DNA from: Nemertoderma westbladi
Taxonomy: Eukaryota > Animalia > Xenacoelomorpha
NCBI GenBank assembly: GCA_032718475.1
Contig: JAUCBJ010002801.1
Coordinates: 7,156 to 71,155, forward strand
Reading direction: 5' to 3'
DNA: 64,000 bases
The notes under the pieces were generated by a model. That model was not told the DNA's origin and did not search any database. It worked only from the letters and a program-made list of their open reading frames with translations. Of the stretch, positions 48,301 through 61,178 are shown in pieces. Position 1 is the stretch's first letter. Every line of letters begins with the position of its first letter. The position numbers were made by a program, and so were the translations under genes.

Positions 48301-50311
48301 CTAGGAGAAAGGTAACACCAGTGTGTTATACCGACGACGGCGAAAGCCAGGCTTCTCAAGGAGAGGACAGCGGGAAAGACACTGAAAGATCTTATTATGT
48401 CAACAAAACGCCTAAAGACGTAAGTAAATTCAGGTCTCGAACCAATGACAGGAGAGAACAGGTAAGAAAAACCCCTCCTACGTCTCCTAAGAGAATTCAG
48501 GTAAGAAAGCCCGAAGAAAGAACGAGTGTGCACAACGTTACTCAAAATAAGGTAAGTAACATCAAACCGAAATGTGCGCTGTGTGACGGGCCCCACCGTT
48601 TGAATGTGTGTGATGAATTCCTAAAGAAATCATTAACGGATAGACGGGAAGTCATGTGGGATAAGCGGTTGTGTTATAATTGCCTCAGACAAGGACACCA
48701 ACGGCGAACCTGTTACTCCGACGCAAGGTGTGCAAAGTGCGGTGCGAAACATCATATCTTGTTGCACACTGAATTCGAGCGAAACAGCCCGAGTCAGGTA
48801 AGTGAGTCCGAACTACATGTCCAATTCAGTGATGTGAACGACACTGACCAAAGTTCTGAGATGGAAGGATTCTATACGGACGAATTCTCCGACGAAAACG
48901 AATCCTGTTACCTGATAAATACCGCAGTGTATCGAGCACTTACGTATGAAAAGGACACCGACAGCGAGCTCCCCCTAACTACTTCTGACCGACAACCATC
49001 TTGGAAAGCACCAACTTCCAATGTAGGAATCCGAGAATTTCCTGTAGTACAGTTGAGGGTCCACGGACCTAAAAGGAGTTATATAGTGAACGCCCTCCTT
49101 GACTCCGGTAGCACAGGAACATTCATCGACAAAGAACTAGCCGAAGACATCTTTGCTGGACAACCCAAGTTCCGAACTAAGTTAAACATGTCAGGAATTA
49201 TGCAGGTTTGGAAATCTACAGTAATAGCGGATTATTATGTAGGTGCGTTGTCCACCCCCCAGGATGAACTAGGAGAACACAGTATAAGGTCAGTAAAAAT
49301 GGTGGCGATAAAGAACTTCGCTACCAGCCAAGTAGAACCTTATAACTGGGATGAGGACGATTCCACCCAGCAGCTTAATATACCTAGATTCAACACAGAT
49401 TACCCTGGAGTGCAAATACTCATCGGCCAAAATGCGCATGAGGCGCTTGAGACATTGGAGAAACGGCCTGCTCAACCGCAACCACTACAAGCCTATACGG
49501 GAAGAACTAGAGTAGGTTGGTACTTTACTGGCCCTTCCCGTAGAACTCTCATGGAAAGGTTACCAAAAGAACAGGTATATCAATAAGTGAATGGGAAGTG
49601 GAGAGCAGTGAAGTTGACGACCCAACTGAGGGAACACCATACTCCTCAGATAATGACGATATTAACTCCAATGTAGATCAATGGAGACATTGCCCCGAGA
49701 CGATTAATCTAGCCGACATCGCTTCCAGAGGAGCAACTCCTCAAGAACTGACAGATACTCCAGACTGGTTAGGTGGACCCGACTTCCTAAGTAAAGAAGA
49801 TGAATGGCCTCCCCATCTTACCACGGCTGAGATTAGACAAGCCAAGGGAGCGGAGAAAGTCAAACCTAAAACCCGGACGAGTAAATCAAGGTTATTTAAA
49901 CCCGTGATAGATCTGTCTGTACTACACATTGCCAGGGACGACGCTGTGGATCTAAACTCCCCCACCGCGAACCGATCTGTTGTGGAGATCAGAGAGAGAG
50001 ACTGGAGATCTGGAACACCAGACGTCTCGCCGGGACTCTCACCTCTCCTGCCGGGAGCGATGGACCACTATAGATCCTGGAATCGGCTTTGTAAGGCCGT
50101 CGTGTATTTGAAGCGATGTTTCTATCGTCACTATTCCAGGACGAAGAGGAAACCTGGAATTGTCTTCGAGACACAGCAGCTCAATCGCCCAGTTGGTCGT
50201 TTATGTTTACTGGAAAGAGACCGAGAACTGTCCGGAAACTATGGAAGGCAAGATACTCTTCCCACGACCACCTCCCTAATCCAACAAACATCTAGGGACT
50301 CCCCAACGTAA
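45309..50311 (+). pseudogene. BEL-3 gag-protease (one in-frame TGA at 46293-46295, frameshift at ~49584) plus deleted pol remnant
   Basis: Same gag/PR motifs as BEL-2; junctions DNDDI-NSNV-DQWRHC and YSRTK-RKPGIVFE remove RT, most of RNase H and the integrase core. Confidence 0.92.
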
Positions 50312-51945
50312 CAACGTCTGGAGTGGGTGTGTGACTATATTATTTTATATTCTTATTATTTTATATTTATGTATGTATTATTATGTAATTTTATTATAAT
50401 CGTTTTCTTTAATTTTATTTAGTAGAATGTTATTTTAGCGATTATTTAGTAGATTAGTGCAATATATATTCGCGTTTATTACTTAATTACTTATATATTA
50501 TATATTTACGTGCGACGGCGAGAAATAATTATTTTTCTCTTTCCTTACTGTCCGTATTACATTACAAATACGTAACTACAGTAAGATGAAATATCCGTAC
50601 TTATTAAAGTACAATAAAGCTCCTACTATATTTAAGTATTATTGGTAAGTAGAGTATTAGGAATGCAAAATTCAGATCCTCGTGTCTCGGCTAAACCAAG
50701 CTCTGGGTAGACCTTGGAAACGACTTGCCTCTTCTCACTGACATTGCTTCGTGCGATATTGCTCTCATACCGTATATTAAATAATACATATAGTAGCGTG
50801 ATGTCCCTTTAACAGTAGCGTACAACGCAAAATAAATCTGTTAAACCCTTTGACCATCTGTAATTCTAGTCGATTAAGATATCGCGGCACCCACCGATAT
50901 ACTTGAAAGACAAAATTCTAGAATCAGTGGTTAACGTCCCCAGACAAGTTCTGGAATAAACTGGTGCCCATCCTAAATATTAATTATTAATATTTATAAA
51001 ATCTGTCAAATTTTAGATCCTTTAAAATTCTAGTCTATTAAGATATCGTAGCACTTACCGATATTCTTAAAAGGACCAATTTCCTAGAATCAAGGATCCC
51101 AGTCCCCAGATATGTTCTGGAATAAAATTGTGTCTATTTAATATTAAATAATAAAATTTACGGGAATAAATTTAAATTCATATTTTAATGAATTTGATAA
51201 ATTGTCATTTTTATACAATTTATAACATTCCCAAAATTCCATAAATTAATAGATCATGGGAGCGGAGATTCACCCTATTAAGTGTATTAGTGTGCGAGAA
51301 TCTCCAATATATAGTCAATAGCCGATAAAATTCATAAAATCATGTATAAAGAGGAATATTGACAATTAAAGAATTACTATTAAATAGCATCCCAGATCTG
51401 TATGCATGAGAATTACCCTAATTCTACCGCTAGCTTTCCATAATGTCACCATGGCAACAACCACGCTAGAATTAGAAGTGAGTTAAAAGAACAATAAAGG
51501 CTTGCCCCATTGAATAACATAAGGAATAAATAGCACACTGCTAGTATCCCAGGATACCCAATAATAACGTGGCATTCTGGAAGGCACTGACTAACGTACA
51601 AATGGCCCGAATGTGTACAATTTGTGACAGTTGCGTGGAATTTGTGCGTTTATAGGTGAATGTTACTACTAAAGTGTGTTTACAGTAGCGAGTCGCAATT
51701 GTGAAAGTAGCCCTAACTCTCCAGTAAGAACCTGAAGTAAATCTAAGCCTTTGGGACGGACGGTGGAGTGACTCGCGCTGGTTGTTGTGGTTGTTGTGCA
51801 GCTACGACGTTGGCGATAGGCACATCGGCGAAAGTACACCAGCGCTGAGGATCTTGCGCTGTCCGGGGGCCGAGAGGGGTAGGCAGCGACGCCCGCTAGC
51901 CTAAATATAAACTCATTATAATATTGATAAACTCATATAGCAGAT

Positions 51946-53303
51946 ATGACTGAGTTGATAGAAGATGATCTTGGTATCAGGGAGCGATATACTCTACCTT
52001 TACAAGCGTTTGTTGATAGCTTGATACGCGGCGATGCTGGTCCAACTACTACGGAGGACGATGGTCGTTATATCGAACTGCCAATGTCCCAGGAGCAACT
52101 TACGCATGAATTGGACTATCGAAAATTCACTGCTCGCTATACGCATCGTAATGGTACGTGTATGGACTTCTTAACTACTGGTCATCCTATCGATTTACCC
52201 GATACGGACGATGTCGACACCGAAAGGGAAATGGTACTGTTTGAGTATCCTGCCAGCGGAGTCGGAACGATAAACTGAAAATCGAATGAGAAAATTCTAT
52301 TCGAAATCGACTCGAAAGAGAAGACGTTAAAGAACCGGATAAACGCAGTAATTCCAACGTATATTTGGAGTTCTTGAGAGAAATGTTGTAAAACCGAATA
52401 AATATCACCCGCGTTTCCCCTACAAGACGTGCGTCTTTGGTATTATTGCGATGAATGCCCAAGACCCAACCAACATACGGAAAGACATAAACATCCGTGG
52501 AGACGTTGCTTTTAACACGGTTTTACTCGCTATATTTACGGAAGTTCGAGCGAAACTTGTTCGATGTATCACCTACGCTCGTTCGATTCAAACGATCCTT
52601 AAATAAACCTATGATCAGAGTTCCGGAATACTCGGTCAGACCTCCTCATTCCCTAGTTAGACCTCATGACTCTTGATCCTAATAGTATCACGGATCCTCC
52701 CGAACTGTACTCACTGTTCAAAGATCTAGTGCTACCCGAACAGTTAGTCGGTGGCACTCCGGTTGTGGGCTCCCTAGATATTCGCCCATCTTACCTAGCC
52801 GGATTGGGACGCGGACATCTAATATCGTTATTCAACCGTATCATCGTCCCTGTTTAACCCGATACCACCTGTCACCGAGGCGGAGGAAAGAATTGTATGA
52901 AACGTGTTGGACACTATTCGTCAAAAGATCGGAAAATGAACCTACAATTGTTTAGAGAAACGTAAATTGCAGCAGCAAGTCCAAGCGGTAAACGAATTAA
53001 CTTTATCTCAGTTCGATCAGGAAATTCAGAATCTCTAAGAGGATATCGAACTTGGACGACCCTATTCTCTGCAAGAGTTTTGGACGAATGCATCCAACGA
53101 TAAGCGGAGGAAAATCAGCGCGAGGAGAAGCATATCGAAATGGACGAGACATCGACCGTAACCCTAAACCTTCCGACGCAATTGTATTGCACCCTTCGCC
53201 CAGGAGTTACAGCCCTCCTAGTAAAGTGGCTCGCCCCAAAGAGAAAAGGACTCTTGATAGCCTCAAAAAGCTGCGTAAACGCCGTCCGCGTAAGAAAGAC
53301 TAA
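51946..53303 (+). pseudogene. Deleted relic of accessory ORFs A and B, ending in a basic tail (KKLRKRRPRKKD*)
   Basis: Homology to 36853-38220, then a jump to a tail not present in BEL-2. Confidence 0.85.
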
Positions 53304-53380
53304 CTGTTTAGAGTATTTTTATATTTTAGAAACTGTGATTTTTATATTTTATAGACTTAAATCCCATTTTCTGGGAGCGG

Positions 53381-54567
53381 TGTAAAAGCTTTTGCAGAAT
53401 TAGCCGGTTATTTTTAACGCAAAGTACTCTGTAGGTGTTTTAACGGACATCAAAAGCCGTTTCCTTACTGTACTGGTGTTTTAGTGGACATAAAAAGCCA
53501 TTTCTTCTGTATGTGTACTTTGGCGGACATAACTAGCAATTCTATGTCGCAATACGCTAAATCCTCTTGAAACAGTGTAGTTACTATGACGACAGCTAAC
53601 AGCTGATCTGTACACGTGTAGCTTTTTCCTTGTTCTCTGTTGTTTCTTTGTTCGGTCAACCAATCAGAGCGATTCTCCTGCTTTTTGTACAGAAACCTCC
53701 GGGAAATCGCGCAATGCATTATGGGTCAATGTTTACCTTTTTTCCTGAGCCCAGAAGACCGGCTTTGGAATCTCTGTGTTTTCAGGCTTTAGCCCAACAT
53801 TAGTAGGCTTAATCACAGAAACATATATCTGTTATCTTAACAAATCAATCATAACATAACTCACCTAATCATATTGTCAACTACAAACACCGCATTTTTA
53901 CTGCTATTTACTGTCGGTCATTAATTATATCGGTTGATGGAATATTATTATATTTGGATAATATCGATCAATAATCAGAAACCCCAATCTTCTTGATATA
54001 CTGAAGGTTAGAGAGACCGGTTACATATAACAATTGCGACTTACATTAAAGTGGTTTTGGAGTGAATCTAATGCTATTTCATAGGCACTACATGAGTCGG
54101 TTGTTGTTCTCTTTATATGTGACTAAAATTAGTGAAGGTCGGCAGATCGGTGTGCAGCATTGTGCAGTAGTGTGTATGATTGTGACTGATAACAAAGCAT
54201 CTCCTAAAGAATGCGCTATATACGTAAATCCATAGCCATCCCGTTGTGTCTAGTTTAAGTCATAACTCTGTTTACATATTTAGAGCGCCACGTCCTAAAG
54301 GAACTGTTAATATTTCCCGAAAGTGAATAATATTTGTCAGAGATTATATATTACGATCAGTCGAATAATACAGTAGGCCTACATCGCAATCAGGTTAGGC
54401 TTCCGAATCCAGTCTCCCGGGTATATCCAGCGGGTGAATGGTCGCGCATAGACTGGCTTCGGCTAATGTAGTGTATCAAATACTCGTCATAGGCTAAAGT
54501 CGATTTATTATCTAGAAGACATCCAAATTTGGCAGGTTAAACTGCTAAAGGTCTGAAAGCGCGAACA
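53381..54567 (+). repeat. BEL-3 3' LTR
   Basis: Preceded by GGGAGCGG; followed by the TSD CCAAC. Confidence 0.96.
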
Positions 54568-54600
54568 CCAACCTTTTATTTCATAAAACAGTCAACTACC

Positions 54601-55010
54601 AGAGGTTGCGAATTTGAGTTCCTGGTTATAAATCTGAATCTCTAGTTACAAATATGAGAGTCCTGTAACAAATTTGAGTCTCTGGTTACAAATCTGAGCG
54701 TCTGGTTACGAATTGGTGTTCCTAGTTACGATTTTGAGTACCTGGTTACAAATCTGTTTTCCTGGTTGCAAAGCAGTATGTTTGGTTACAAAAATATAAA
54801 CACCATGTCACAGTCTGAAATCCCTGGTTATTATTTGTTGCAAATGGTTACAAATCTGAGCACACAGTTACAAATTTAACTGCCCAGTTCCAAATCCAAT
54901 TAACCAGTGCTAAATCCAAGCACCATGTAACAAATCTTAGTAACCAAGAGCAGATCAGACTGTCCAGTTACAAAATCGATTATTCAGTTACAAAATCTGA
55001 GTGTCAGTTA
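54601..55010 (+). repeat. Degenerate ~20-bp minisatellite (core approx. CTGGTTACAAATCTGAG)
   Basis: GTTACAAAT recurs at ~20-bp period about 20 times. Confidence 0.85.
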
Positions 55011-55079
55011 ACTTTTTATCTGCAGAACAACTTATACAGTAGGCCTACTTATCAAACAAGTGTATATATAACAAGTATA

Positions 55080-56451
55080 TGCGTTTTTTACTTTTTTTCG
55101 ATTTCATTGTTCTACCAGTGCGCAAACGTCGCCAAATGGTAAAAAATTAAAGCAAAAAAATTTCCCTAAAATTCATTGATATCTTGACGGATCCCAAGGG
55201 GGTTGAAAGTTTGAGACTTGGCGATGCACCACGATGAAATTTATAACAATATAACACACTAATGAAAGATCAATGACTCAAGAATGAACTTCCTGCTTGC
55301 ATCAAATGTCATCAAATGTGTCCAAACTTAGTTAGATACCAAAATTTTGATTTTGGAATCAAGGGAACTAATGCCACAGGCACATGGCCAGAACCTACCC
55401 TTTGGCGCAAGTGACTCTTATTCTAAATTTTTGCGATGGACAACTTTTATTTCTCCCTACTGCATTGATATTATGCTAATTAGAGCCGCAAGCCGGGGTA
55501 GACACAATCAAAACAATCGCAGAGCGAATAGTTCTTTAGATATTGCAGAAAATGTGAAGTCCGGCACAAGTCAACATTAGTGCCTTGATGTGATATGGAC
55601 AATTACTGTACACTAAAAATTATACTTTGAATTATCTCCAGGAATCAAGAATAAACACACCACAGAAATGATCGATGTAGTTGGTGTAGACACCTTCAAA
55701 AAAGGAGAAGAGTCATTACAGTAGGTCTTGATTATTTTACAATATGTCAAGACTATGTCCACCAATAATTGATTCTTTATTGATTTATTGAGTTGATCCA
55801 TTCCAGATATTTTGTACAAAAACTACTGTGTAGAGAACTAATCACTACTCTTTCATTTTGAAGGTGTCTGTATACATTAAATCAATTCGTTGCAGTGCTG
55901 TGTAGGCCTATATTTTTGATGCCTTAAGATAATTAAAAGCAACATTTTTAGTGTATCTGTCTAAAAATCATCAAGGCACTTAACGTTGACTTGAGACGGA
56001 CTTAACATTTTCTGCAATATCTTAAGAACTATTCGCTCTACGCTTGTTTTGATGGTGTCTACCCCCACAAGTCGGTCGTTGCGATTCTAATGAGCATAAT
56101 GTTAATGCAGTAGGAGAACTACTGTAAAAGTTCTCCATCGCGAAAATCGCTGGCCATGTTCCTGTGGCACTAGTTCCCTTGATCCCAAAATCAAAATTTT
56201 GGTATCTAACTAAGTTTGGACCCATTTCATGACATTTGGTGCATGCAGGAAGTTCTTTCTTGAGTCATTGACCTTTATATTGTTGTAAATTTCATTTAGG
56301 TGCAACGCAAAGGCTCAAAATTTCAACCCCCTTGGGATCCGTCAAGATTCCAAAGAAATTCAGAGAAATTTTTTTGCCTTAATTTTTTATTATTTGACAA
56401 CTTTTGCGCACCGGTAGAACAATGAAATTGAAAAAAAAAATAAAAAACGCA
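55080..56451. mobile_element. Long inverted-repeat element (foldback/MITE-like); arms ~55080-55590 and ~55970-56451
   Basis: Arms are diverged reverse complements, e.g. TCTTGACGGATCCCAAGGGGGTTGAAA vs TTTCAACCCCCTTGGGATCCGTCAAGA; no transposase ORF. Confidence 0.7.
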
Positions 56452-57087
56452 CCGCCCTAGTGTATATCTGTCATGCTTTCTACAGTATTTTCAAATTATA
56501 TATGCCAAACAGATATCCTCTATGACAATAAATGGGCTGATCTCAATTTCACTCAGCATAAATGTTGCCAAAACATTATTAACTTTCCTCTACAATTTTA
56601 ATTAAATACATTCAACATACTATTAGAGCATTCAACTCTACTAAACAGTCGGAAGTAGCAATAACTAAAAAATCATTCAGCTTACCAGCTATTCGCATTA
56701 AGCTAATAGATATTCGCATTCATTCGATTCAGTGAGTGTGAGAGGGCCATCATCTGGCGTGCAACAAATTACAAACACTAAGTAGGATTAATGTTTGCCT
56801 ATCTATGGTGGTGTGAAGGTGTGTCAGTGCGAGTTACCTTGGCAAAGAAAGTACTTTCTTGGTAGTTGGGCCCTCCCTAATGAATAGATTACTAGGCCCT
56901 CGCTATCCGCTTTCCATTAGCACAAGCTGGTATTTTTATCACGCCATACTAGCGGGAGTGTTAACCATTTTGGGTCCGAAATTTATAAATTAGCCAATTA
57001 GCAACCACGTTAGCTAGCCAATCAGATCGTTTCCTGCGAAGGTATTTAAGTGTCTGCTCTGTTGTTTCTATTTTTTAGCGAAATGTT

Positions 57088-57652
57088 ATGAATTACAAGA
57101 AGCTTCTGCCTTCCCGACCTTCCACATCCTCTATGTCACTCCACACAAGGAACTCTGGGAATGAGATACAGGCGTCGTTAACGTTGAAAGCAAAGTCTAT
57201 TCTCCCAAATTTGATAGAGATTGATGATAAAAATGAACTATGTGGAACTTTTTTTATTATGATCTATCAATTATTCACGCAAGAATTAAACATTCTAGAA
57301 TCTGTTTATAAGTTCGGAGACACGATAATATGTCGACTGCTCAAGTGGATTCAAGGGTTCGTGTTCTATTCCCAATTAAACTCCAACGAACTTTACATAA
57401 TAATAAAATCGCGATGGTGCGATGTGATTCTGTTGAAATCAATGATTATTAGTATAGTAAATGGGCGAGATCTGTTTTGGTTAAATGTATTTGCAGTCGA
57501 CTTAAAATTGGAAATTGCTAATTTCTACATATTCGATGGCACATTTGATGACATTGTCAGAAGTATAGAACGCTTGTGGAACGCTTTAAAAGAAATGAAG
57601 TTGCATAGAGAGGAACATCTACTTTTACAGACAGTTCATCTACTCGATTGTG
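57088..57652 (+). CDS. Nuclear receptor ligand-binding-domain exon (NR6A GCNF/HR4-like)
   Basis: FGDTIICRLLKWIQGFVFYSQL...IIKSRWCDVILL fits the helix 3-5 signature; LKEMKLHREEHLLLQTVHLLD fits helix 8; donor G|GTAAGT at 57652/57653. Confidence 0.7.
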
Positions 57653-58818
57653 GTAAGTTGCGCTATTGGAATATAAAAGCCACCGTTATGTTCTGGTTCG
57701 AACTCTTCCATCTTCTTATGTACAAATTAATTGTAAGATACATCTTCGAACCTTAATGATCTTAATTATTGATAAAAGGGATAGAAGTGATGGAAGGATG
57801 AGATCTCTAGAAGTATTCTAGAAGATCGCTTAAGTTCGGTCCAAATATTGGAACACGATTTCTTATTTGCTAATAAGCCAATTGCAAATTAATTTGTTAC
57901 TTACAGAATTCTTTGCAGACTGGTTTTATCAACAAATTGTCCTACATTTAATTGATTCAATTTTATTTATTTTCATAAATTCATTCAATTAATTAAATAT
58001 CAGTTTCTGTAAGTTAAGTTAGATCTTTAATTTGTCCAGGGTTTACGGTACGTCCACGGCAGTTAACCTTAGAATATCTGATAATTGAACCGAAAATCAA
58101 TATATAGCCGGTCACTGGGATACAGTATCATACAACTCATCAGTCTTTACACTACTGTATCTTATCTGGCAGTCGGCTAAAAAGGCAACATAGTGGCCAA
58201 CCTTTATCATTCCTGACAACTGTCTTGGCAATGCAGCAATTTGGAGATTATTTAAGAATTCCTACTTTTAATTATACGAATTATCAATTATATTATTTTA
58301 TATTGAAATACATATATTCTTAAAAATAATTTTTAATAATGTTTGAAATCTAAGCTCCATTCGCATATCTCTGCTTATAGCAGAATTCATGCTGATATGC
58401 TTTAATTAAATAAATCTAGAATCCGACGCAGAAATTATTGATTTAAATATAATTATATCCCCCCCCCCATCCCCAAAGATTTTGTCTAAAGTGGCCCTTG
58501 TTTACCGGATGTTGGCATGTGCATTATGCATACAGTACATACTGTATATATTTAGCTGTGCCGGCTTGACAACTGAACTGCCTGAATCACCTTAACTTTC
58601 GTTAGATTATCCGCATCTTCAAGGCCAGTTTCCTTTTCAGAGGAGTCGCAAGAAAGTCATTAATCCAACATGTTCCCCTGCATAAGGCGAAAGCTCTGCA
58701 ATCCGGCATTCACACACACACACACCTGAGTATGGGTGAATGTGGCAGATGTGAATGCCCGATGCCTGTTACTGTAGGATTAAATCCCTACTATTTCATT
58801 TTTATTCATATTTTCAAG

Positions 58819-59120
58819 GAGTTGGAGAGAGGGCTTCGTTACGGGAGATCCTAAAGACGGTGACCTCGACATTGGAAGAAATATCTCAACTGCGCTGGCC
58901 GAATCAACCAGATAGACAACACCTTCTACTGCAGTGTCTATGGCAACTGGAACTGCTATCCAAAAAACTTATAGCCTTACCTTATTTTATACTCCCGTAT
59001 ATATTAGCTGGGTTCTCTGGACATCAACCACGGAACATTAAACACAACTGGGTAATGGGAAATTGTTTACAAACGAGGAAATGTGAGGATATTAAAAATA
59101 CAAATATAAGAAAAATATAA
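58819..59120 (+). CDS. Nuclear receptor LBD, last exon
   Basis: Acceptor TTTTCAAG|GA is phase-compatible with the donor; WPNQPDRQHLLLQCLWQLELLSKKLIALP..LP resembles NR6A helices 9-11. Confidence 0.7.
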
Positions 59121-59989
59121 ATAACCAAGAAGATTATAAAGCCAGCGATAAAACTATAAATTTCATTGCTGCAGAAGTTTCGGATATCGACGATAATCCT
59201 AAATTGTTGGTCATCTTTAACAGGATATTCTTGATAAATATAATTCTGACATATTTTGTAGATTGTAGATTTCAATTCAACAATTATTTATAATAATAAC
59301 TAACTTCTGATTGCAAGGATAAATAATGTTCTTAATAATTGTTCTTATTTTGAGTAATGTAGTTTACATCAAAAACACTATAAAAATTCCGCACTTAAAC
59401 TTTAACTAAATATTTGTGCTTTAAATTTAGTGGTAATTATAAGTATATCTAGTCTAGTATGTTTCACAAATATATATATATATAATGTTCCTATTATGTA
59501 TGTGTTGGTGGTAGATATGATTGTTGTTTAAAATATTATTTTGGAATTGTTAACAAAACGCAGTTAATGTTTGCGTTCTACTGTATATGAATATATACTA
59601 TTCTCAGCCTCATAATAATCCACAAAGTTTTTTAGACACATTTAATAATTATTCGAATTTAACCGTTTAACGCCCACCCCTACTTCCCAATGTCAAAAAA
59701 GTTTCATATTTTGGAAACTACTCAAAATGGCCCAATAAAAAAACTTTGCTTTTACACTTTTGCAAAAAAAGTGTTTGTTCAGAAGTTAAAGCAGAAGTTC
59801 AGAAGTGAATGTTCCATTATGCGTTGGGAATTACTGTAGAGCACGTATATTTTTTCTACATATTATTCTATACTAACTCTAAAAACTCTATACTTTAAAT
59901 TAAAACACAAACTTTATAAGTTGTCATATCAGAAAGGGATTGGGTGTGACACAGTGATGAGCCTTCCATACGAAATAATAAATTACTAC

Positions 59990-60262
59990 AACCAAAGGGG
60001 TCTGCGTTTGATTTGGTCGACATCCAGATTCTATTCCAGAGGTTGTCCCTAGAGATAAACCCGTTCGTTTATATGTCGGCTTATTGTTAAAATACTATCT
60101 GAGTTGCAAAATGTTCTTCAAATTTGGTGAGGATGTTGATACAGAGTGGTTTTTCCCAAATAACGGCGTAAAACAAGGATCACTGAGGATATCATCGGTA
60201 CTTTTTAATTTCTATATTGCCAATGTGATGGGAAAACTGCAGGAAAGTGGTATAGGTTCCAC
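59990..60262 (+). pseudogene. LINE reverse transcriptase fragment
   Basis: GVKQGSLRISSVLFNFYI...KLQESGIG resembles the QG..SP motif of the LINE at 17380-20450; left boundary approximate. Confidence 0.7.
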
Positions 60263-60313
60263 CTTGGTGTAGTGGTCGCATTGAATTCACATCTCTCGTA
60301 GGTCGTGGGTTCG
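60263..60313 (+). mobile_element. tRNA-derived SINE head, interrupted at its B box
   Basis: A-box-like TGGTGTAGTGG and B-box-like GGTTCG with Pol III spacing. Confidence 0.55.
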
Positions 60314-61178
60314 AGTAGTATACAATACTGTGACCCGGCATCATGGTCACCCGTAGTCCATCATTACCATCCATTTCTGGTACTGCAGCCAATCAGAAGC
60401 CACCATTTCAACCTTTTGCGGTGGTCGTTATTATTTCAACCAATCAGATGACAGCATTTCATCCGTAACCATGGTAACTTCTCAAGTTCCCGCTTATTCC
60501 GCTAGAGGCGTTATTAGTCCCCCGACGCTAGTACTGCATCCAATCACCAACCTTTATTTTACAGGTGTTCGGGTGTCTACACTTAGCATCAGGTAACTTC
60601 TATTATTTTTCAAATCGCTATTTTTCACTAGTAACTAAATTTAATTTTGCAATTTTTCAGATAACAAAATATTCAACAGGGTTCGAACCCGGGACTGATA
60701 TAACTCCTCACAACTCACCAATCACTCTTCCATCCAACCTCGAGAGAAAAAGGCGATAAATATCTGATTTATACCATAGTCATTGAATTCTTCATCTTCA
60801 TCACTGGTAGCAGATGATTATAAATAGCTTCTAGTTCCTTAACATAATTACTATAGCGTAGAATACATTAATTCGACTATTAATAATAATCGATTTCTTT
60901 TATCGATGTAACTGATCGATCAACTAAGTTGAATATAAGTTAGAATGACTGGGCTAGCATTGATCACGTTGCATCTGTTACACGTTACTGCTATTTCACT
61001 CTCTAACTCACGCTAATGTAATAAATTTAGCTGTACACGTTGCATCTGTTACACGAAGCAACTATATTCCTCACTGTAAGTCACTCTGCTGTATTAAAGC
61101 AACCATATAAACAGAAGTTTTACAATCTAATAATCATTTATTTAGTTTTTATTTTTCAAAATAGTTTTCATTCTAATT

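Larger units (their letters stand above)
41819..54567 (+). mobile_element. BEL/Pao LTR retrotransposon copy 3, complete insertion, non-autonomous
   Basis: Two 1187-bp LTRs with about 8 visible differences; 5-bp TSD CCAAC at 41814-41818 and 54568-54572; PPT at 53373-53380. Confidence 0.96.

Noticed and set aside
54601-55010. CRISPR-like array
   Set aside because: Contiguous degenerate 20-mers without unique spacers, eukaryotic context, no cas genes.
57653-57756. C-terminal part of track ORF 57088-57756
   Set aside because: Read-through into an intron: LBD similarity ends at the GTAAGT donor and resumes at 58819.
60263-60313. Functional tRNA gene
   Set aside because: Interrupted in the T-loop with no acceptor-stem 3' half; better explained as a SINE head.
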